Positions 59,658 through 64,000 of a DNA stretch of 64,000 nucleotides are shown here, in pieces. The position numbers and the translations under genes were made by a program. The first letter of the stretch is position 1. The number at the start of each line of letters is the position of its first letter. The DNA is from Pseudomonas phage vB_PaeP_TUMS_P10, in sequence record OM782452.1. One strand, written 5' to 3'. The notes beneath the pieces are model-generated. The model did not search any database. It was not told the origin of the DNA and saw only the letters and a program-made list of their open reading frames with translations.

Positions 59658-59958
59658 TTACAGGTCGAGCGCTCGCTCTTCCTCGCTGCGGGTGACACCC
59701 AGCTTGATGATCAGCCGGCTGACCAGCTTCTTGCAGCGCTCGGCGTAAGCGGTTTCGCTCAGCGGCTTGCCCTTGTCGTCCACGGTCAGGAACTCTTGCA
59801 GCTGCATGTGCAGTGCATCGTCCGCACGCAGGCCGAGGCTTACCAGACGAACGTCCTTGCCGTCACGGGTCGGGAAGTGGAAGTTCAGGTAGGCCGAAGC
59901 GCCCTTGTTATCGGTGGCTTGGGTGTTGCGAGCTTGGTTCTTCTTGACGAGTGCCATG
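59658..59958 (-). CDS. hypothetical protein
   Basis: GGAG sits 7 nt before the ATG at 59958; 99 aa. Confidence 0.45.
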
Positions 59959-60084
59959 GTATTTCTCCAGATAGTCATGTGATTGAATGTCGGCGATTGT
60001 TGCCATTCCACAGGCGTAGCCTGCTCTTGATCTTGCCTTTCAAGACCGTAGGTCTGGGTAACCCAAATGAGAATCGTTCAGGAT

Positions 60085-60270
60085 TTATGGGACTATAAAT
60101 AGCACGATAATCCCAACGGCCACCATTGCCAGCAGGTGGCTTGCTACAGCCAGTACGCCCAACCAGATCCACCACAGCCATCCCCAAGGACGCTTAGGCT
60201 CCATACGAGAGACCCAGAAGGTGACCGCTGCGAAGACCAGGAACAGCCAGACCAGTTGAAGGATCAGCAT
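60085..60270 (-). CDS. small membrane protein
   Basis: 61 aa with 2 TM helices and W-rich. Confidence 0.4.
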   Translation of the reverse strand: MLILQLVWLFLVFAAVTFWVSRMEPKRPWGWLWWIWLGVLAVASHLLAMVAVGIIVLFIVP

Positions 60271-60273
60271 GGT

Positions 60274-60558
60274 TTAGGCTCCGATATACAGGTTGAAGAC
60301 GAAGATGAAGACAGCACCACACATGATGCCAAGAGCCAAGGCACAGCCAAGCTCAGCATCATTTCGGTCAGCGATGAACTTGGACCGGTGCATGTACAGG
60401 CCAGCACGGTAGTCGTTCTCCGCCTTGCGGAACTTGACCCGCTCTTTCACCAGCCAGTACCAAGCCGAACCAAAGATGAAACCACAGATGATTGCCAACA
60501 TGATGAACTCTCCAGTAATAGGTGTATCAGCAGCAGGACTCCCCATGCTGCCATCCAT
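60274..60558 (-). CDS. membrane protein
   Basis: 94 aa with 2 TM helices. Confidence 0.4.
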   Translation of the reverse strand: MDGSMGSPAADTPITGEFIMLAIICGFIFGSAWYWLVKERVKFRKAENDYRAGLYMHRSKFIADRNDAELGCALALGIMCGAVFIFVFNLYIGA

Positions 60559-60561
60559 TTC

Positions 60562-60798
60562 TCATTCGTCACTGAGCAGCAGCGCAGCCAGACGGTGACG
60601 CTCCCCCGGCTCTTTTACGTGAACCCACTGCTCTCCACGTAGCTCGAAGAACATCCAAGGGATCTTTGCAGCAGTGGGATTCTGTGCCAGCAGCATGTCT
60701 CCTGGTTTGAAGACATCTGCCCAAGGACCAGCAATCAATTTTGGTCCCAGCAGTTCACCGTCAGCACGGTGAAGGTAGTACTGAGTCTGCTTGCTCAT
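60562..60798 (-). CDS. hypothetical protein
   Basis: GGGAGG sits 6 nt before the ATG at 60798. Confidence 0.4.
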   Translation of the reverse strand: MSKQTQYYLHRADGELLGPKLIAGPWADVFKPGDMLLAQNPTAAKIPWMFFELRGEQWVHVKEPGERHRLAALLLSDE

Positions 60799-60902
60799 GC
60801 ACAGCCTCCCAGGTGGATCACGATCATCGCTACACCAACGGTTACACCGAGGTAGGCAGCGAACACAGCAGCCAACATGCCAACCATTCTTACAAAGCTC
60901 AT
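60795..60902 (-). CDS. small membrane peptide (35 aa)
   Basis: AGGAG sits 6 nt before the ATG; MSFVRMVGMLAAVFAAYLGVTVGVAMIVIHLGGCA. Confidence 0.3.
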   Translation of the reverse strand: MSFVRMVGMLAAVFAAYLGVTVGVAMIVIHLGGCA

Positions 60903-60905
60903 CTG

Positions 60906-61136
60906 TCACTCCTTCAATAGCATGACCGCCAAGGCTTGATCCTTGGTCGGTTCGTAAGAGATCAACTGGTTTTTCGTGTACAGAGACCAGTACTCCGCAT
61001 ATCTGTCTGTACTGGTGAAGTGGAAGGTGGCGTACACGACATCACCTTCCTTTAGCTCAGGTATCTCAGGGAAGACGCCGAGAACGACGCCATCCCTGAA
61101 CACCACACGCTTGTCCGTGCTCATTACCCTTCCCAA
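60906..61136 (-). CDS. hypothetical protein
   Basis: 76-aa ORF. Confidence 0.4.
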   Translation of the reverse strand: MGRVMSTDKRVVFRDGVVLGVFPEIPELKEGDVVYATFHFTSTDRYAEYWSLYTKNQLISYEPTKDQALAVMLLKE

Positions 61137-61372
61137 GGGTCGAAGTCGATTTCGCCTTCTTCCCCTACCAGAGTGATGCAGGACACCAGTCCTTCACAGC
61201 CTCGCACAGCGTGCTGAACCCGCTCGATAGCGCCTTCGTCGCTCAGGCAGTAGAAGTCCTCTTCGTGCTCAGTACCGCACTCATCGATCCAGGACAGGTT
61301 GTAGGACTTGATCAGAGCAGCGTGGATCTTGGCAGCATGGGCAGAGCACTTGCGGAGGAAAGTCAGATTCAT
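61124..61372 (-). CDS. hypothetical protein
   Basis: 82-aa ORF. Confidence 0.4.
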   Translation of the reverse strand: MNLTFLRKCSAHAAKIHAALIKSYNLSWIDECGTEHEEDFYCLSDEGAIERVQHAVRGCEGLVSCITLVGEEGEIDFDPWEG

Positions 61373-61385
61373 GGTTTGGTTCCTT

Positions 61386-61499
61386 GGTTTGAATTAGCGG
61401 GTGAATACCCAGGTGATCAGGGACATGAAGATGATGATGGCCAGTGGCATCAGGATGAGCATAGCCACCACCTTCAGGAGAAGCATCAGTTCCATACCT
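61386..61499 (-). CDS. small membrane peptide (37 aa)
   Basis: GAGGTAGG sits before the ATG; MELMLLLKVVAMLILMPLAIIIFMSLITWVFTR. Confidence 0.3.
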
Positions 61500-61502
61500 A
61501 CC

Positions 61503-61709
61503 TCACATGACCAGTACAACGTAAGCCGAGGCCAGGAAGATGGCACTGAGCAAGCCCCAATGCACCTGCTTGTAGGCGTACTTGAGCTTACGGAACAGCC
61601 GTTTATCGCCGAACAAGCGGATGGCCTCCTTATAGATCCACACTTCGTAAAGTCCCTGCACTATCAGGATCAGAGAGACACCGAAGCCGACCAGAAAGAT
61701 CTTGGTCAT
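61503..61709 (-). CDS. small membrane protein
   Basis: 68 aa with 2 TM helices. Confidence 0.4.
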   Translation of the reverse strand: MTKIFLVGFGVSLILIVQGLYEVWIYKEAIRLFGDKRLFRKLKYAYKQVHWGLLSAIFLASAYVVLVM

Positions 61710-61726
61710 TGTCTTACTCCTTGGTT

Positions 61727-62029
61727 TCAGAAAGAGAGGTAGATGGGTTTGGTACGGAAGCGAGCAGTAGGCTTGTGGGCCAACTCATCTCCGAAGAAGT
61801 TGGACTTGGCTGCCCAAACCCAATGGTCGAGGTTCAGGACACGACGTGCAGTGATGAGCGAGCGTACGTGCATAGCATCTTCACGACGCCCGAACATCTG
61901 CTCATGGATCAGCATCTGACGCTCTTTACCCTTGATGAGGGTAAGGCAAATGCGGTAACCCTCCAGCTTGCCTTTGGTGGGCATCACTCTAATGAGGAAC
62001 AGCTGGTTATCAAGGGAGAACGTGGTCAT
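61727..62029 (-). CDS. hypothetical protein
   Basis: 100-aa ORF. Confidence 0.4.
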   Translation of the reverse strand: MTTFSLDNQLFLIRVMPTKGKLEGYRICLTLIKGKERQMLIHEQMFGRREDAMHVRSLITARRVLNLDHWVWAAKSNFFGDELAHKPTARFRTKPIYLSF

Positions 62030-62031
62030 GG

Positions 62032-62340
62032 TTATCTCCTTCTGGTCAGGTCAAAGTAGTGCCACAGGTAGTAGTTGCACCAGTAGTTACGGAACAGTTC
62101 GTTGGTACGCAGAAGCTGAGGTAGATCACGCAGACTCGGGTGATTCTTCAACAGGTAGTAGAGGATGGATCCACCACCCTTCATGTGTGCATTGATCCAA
62201 TCCTCGAAGCGATCCAGGTCATGCCTGATGATCTTGTTCTCGAACACCAGCCGCTCCAATCGGAGGCACATGTTCTGGAAGTTGCTCGTGGCATGTGCCT
62301 CTTGCATACCCAGGTAGATCAGTTCAGCTATTGGCTTCAT
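62032..62340 (-). CDS. hypothetical protein, paralog of the adjacent gene (C-terminal WCNxYxWxYxDL motif)
   Basis: AAGGAG sits 7 nt before the ATG at 62340. C-terminal NYWCNYYLWHYFDL. Confidence 0.45.
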   Translation of the reverse strand: MKPIAELIYLGMQEAHATSNFQNMCLRLERLVFENKIIRHDLDRFEDWINAHMKGGGSILYYLLKNHPSLRDLPQLLRTNELFRNYWCNYYLWHYFDLTRRR

Positions 62341-62635
62341 GGTTTTGCTCCTTGCAGAGATCGTAGTAAGCCCAAACGTAGAAGTTGCACCACATGTTTC
62401 GCCCACCCCACCACAGATAGCGAGGATGGCACGAACGCAGGTAGTCACTGACGTAGCAGTAGTTACCGAGGATCTTGTATATCCACCGACGGAACTCATT
62501 ACTGTGAACAACGGTGAGTACACCACCACTCCATGCCTGCGCGGAGACATGGATACACATGGAGTTCAACTTGCCCGTCTTCAGGGCCATCTCCATTCCT
62601 GCACGGATGGCTTCCTTCAAGAGTTTGGTATCCAT
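62324..62635 (-). CDS. hypothetical protein, tandem paralog
   Basis: C-terminal NMWCNFYVWAYYDL, shared GM(E/Q)xA and NxMC motifs. Confidence 0.45.
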   Translation of the reverse strand: MDTKLLKEAIRAGMEMALKTGKLNSMCIHVSAQAWSGGVLTVVHSNEFRRWIYKILGNYCYVSDYLRSCHPRYLWWGGRNMWCNFYVWAYYDLCKEQNHEANS

Positions 62636-62636
62636 G

Positions 62637-62969
62637 TCAGAGCACCACCTTCACATGAGTGGCATAGCCTTCACCTTCAAGGGTGACGGTGGCTTGTGCC
62701 AATAGATTGGAGATGGTTTCTGCATTCCATACCTGACGGTTGCAGTCCAAGTCCCAGAAGCTGATGGATACGTCGAACAGAGTCTCGTATCCGAAGCCCA
62801 CTATCACAGCGAAGGCTTCTTCAACGGTGTTGAACTTGAAGGTCTGTGCCTCACCACAGTGGATGAGGTCAAGGGTAATCAGATCTTCAGGACAGATGGA
62901 TGTGATGTCCATGGTGTTACTCCTCGATCTGAATGGATTGAGTGCCAATGTCACCGAAGCCAGAGGCAT
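62637..62969 (-). CDS. hypothetical protein
   Basis: 110-aa ORF. Confidence 0.4.
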   Translation of the reverse strand: MPLASVTLALNPFRSRSNTMDITSICPEDLITLDLIHCGEAQTFKFNTVEEAFAVIVGFGYETLFDVSISFWDLDCNRQVWNAETISNLLAQATVTLEGEGYATHVKVVL

Positions 62970-63195
62970 CGATAGGCTCTACCTCAGATTCCAGGTACTT
63001 GTCGTGGTATGCCTTGTAGTCAGCATCCCAGTAGTCGAAGACAGCACGTACTGTCTCCATCGATTGAACAGGACTGAAGCCACAACGGATGAGCAGATCA
63101 CGCACGTCTGGTCCTTCAGGATGGAAACCACAACCCCACCAATGTGCAGCTGCTTGACGGAGGTTCACGTTACGGAAGAGGTACTTGTTACGCAT
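62917..63195 (-). CDS. hypothetical protein
   Basis: 92-aa ORF. Confidence 0.4.
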   Translation of the reverse strand: MRNKYLFRNVNLRQAAAHWWGCGFHPEGPDVRDLLIRCGFSPVQSMETVRAVFDYWDADYKAYHDKYLESEVEPIDASGFGDIGTQSIQIEE

Positions 63196-63584
63196 GGTAG
63201 ATACCTATAGAGGACTATGAAGTAATGATCAGGCATGAAGCCATACCAACTGCGTAGCAGAAGTGGGTGGGAATAGTGATGGAGTATCAGGTGTATATCG
63301 TATTGAATGTGAGGGTATGGAAGAATGTAGGTGTGGGAACCTTGCAGCTAGTGTGCAGACTCATTGCAGTACACAGTCACTCAAACCTCTCACCATTTTC
63401 CCTATAAGCAGATTTAAGAAGAGGGAAAGGTTACTTCCTACAACCAACTGTCCAAAGGGAGAAGAGAGAACGGCAGAGGAGTATCAGGAAGAAGGGAGTA
63501 GTGTGTGCTCTTGATCTTGATGTGTGCTCTATGTGTGCTTGAAAAGGTAAGCCCCACTCCAGTGAAGGAGTGAGGCAGAGAGGA
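63196..63584. promoter_or_regulatory. 390-bp noncoding region with direct repeats and hairpins (likely promoter/regulatory region of the leftward early block)
   Basis: No ORF of 60 aa or more. GGAGTATCAGG occurs twice (63283, 63479). TGTGTGCT occurs three times (63515-63540). Hairpin CACTCC-n6-GGAGTG at ~63556-63573. Confidence 0.4.
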
Positions 63585-63854
63585 TTAACCTTTAGTACCA
63601 GTTACACGCTTGGTACGACGCTCGGATTGGATCTCGGCAATGTCATCGGCGATGTTCAGGTCACGTACCAGTTGAGCATGAGCAGCACGAGACTCGACAC
63701 GACGACGGTCACGGGAAGCTTCAGCATTCTCGTTGAAGAACTCAGATTCATCCTTGGCATAGCGAGACATGTTCTCAGCAGCCTCAGCAAGGTTGGTAGC
63801 ACCACGGAACAGTGCAGCGAAGAAAGCGAAGAAGGCGTTGAATGCAGCGATCAT
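63585..63854 (-). CDS. hypothetical protein
   Basis: 89 aa with a hydrophobic N-terminus. Confidence 0.4.
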   Translation of the reverse strand: MIAAFNAFFAFFAALFRGATNLAEAAENMSRYAKDESEFFNENAEASRDRRRVESRAAHAQLVRDLNIADDIAEIQSERRTKRVTGTKG

Positions 63855-64000
63855 GAGGAATACTCCAGAGTAGTAGAAGGTAGGTGGTTCGGACGATCAT
63901 CCACACCAAGGCCGAAGGCCAGCAGAGGTGAGCAAGCGCGGAAAACTCAATCTGGGAACACCACCGGGGGGGAGTACCGGATTTGGGGATGCCGTTACTG

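Noticed and set aside
1-64000. CRISPR arrays, integrase, transposase/IS elements, tRNA genes
   Set aside because: No short direct repeats regularly interspaced by spacers were seen. No recombinase or transposase motif-bearing ORFs were seen. No tRNA T-loop consensus was seen.

Overview
The window reads as most of the genome of an N4-like (Schitoviridae-type) podophage with GC-rich coding DNA (roughly 55%), inferred from sequence only with no database search. Four transcription blocks: (i) a plus-strand late/structural block (313-21506): portal, scaffold-like protein, major capsid protein, four virion proteins and a 3403-aa virion RNA polymerase carrying T7-like motifs B and C; the 3' end of a divergent dUTPase gene lies upstream at 1-290 (-). 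(ii) A minus-strand replication/recombination block (21520-29956): RuvC-like resolvase, SSB-like protein, P-loop ATPase, primase-like protein, Cas4-like PD-(D/E)XK exonuclease. (iii) A plus-strand tail/lysis block (30339-37409): fibronectin-like tail fiber, a tailspike with an SGNH/GDSL esterase domain, lytic-transglycosylase-like endolysin and Rz with embedded Rz1. (iv) A long minus-strand early/middle block (37464-63854): holin candidates, rIIB/rIIA-like, dCMP deaminase, family-A DNA polymerase, Dda-like helicase, HExxH+vWA protein, MoxR-like and a second AAA+ ATPase, the two subunits of a split T7-like RNA polymerase II, and many small early ORFs. No tRNA, CRISPR array, integrase or transposase was seen. 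Noncoding highlights: a ~300-bp GC-rich nested inverted-repeat region between blocks ii and iii; a ~400-nt hairpin-dense noncoding stretch at 22268-22669; an AT-poor-in-GC (~40% GC) 1-kb cassette of five tiny ORFs bounded by two identical 17-nt GGA-loop palindromes; a repeat-bearing noncoding region at 63196-63584. Where gene starts were checked against SD-like motifs they have been moved off the ORF-track alternative-codon starts; the remainder are unverified ORF-track coordinates.
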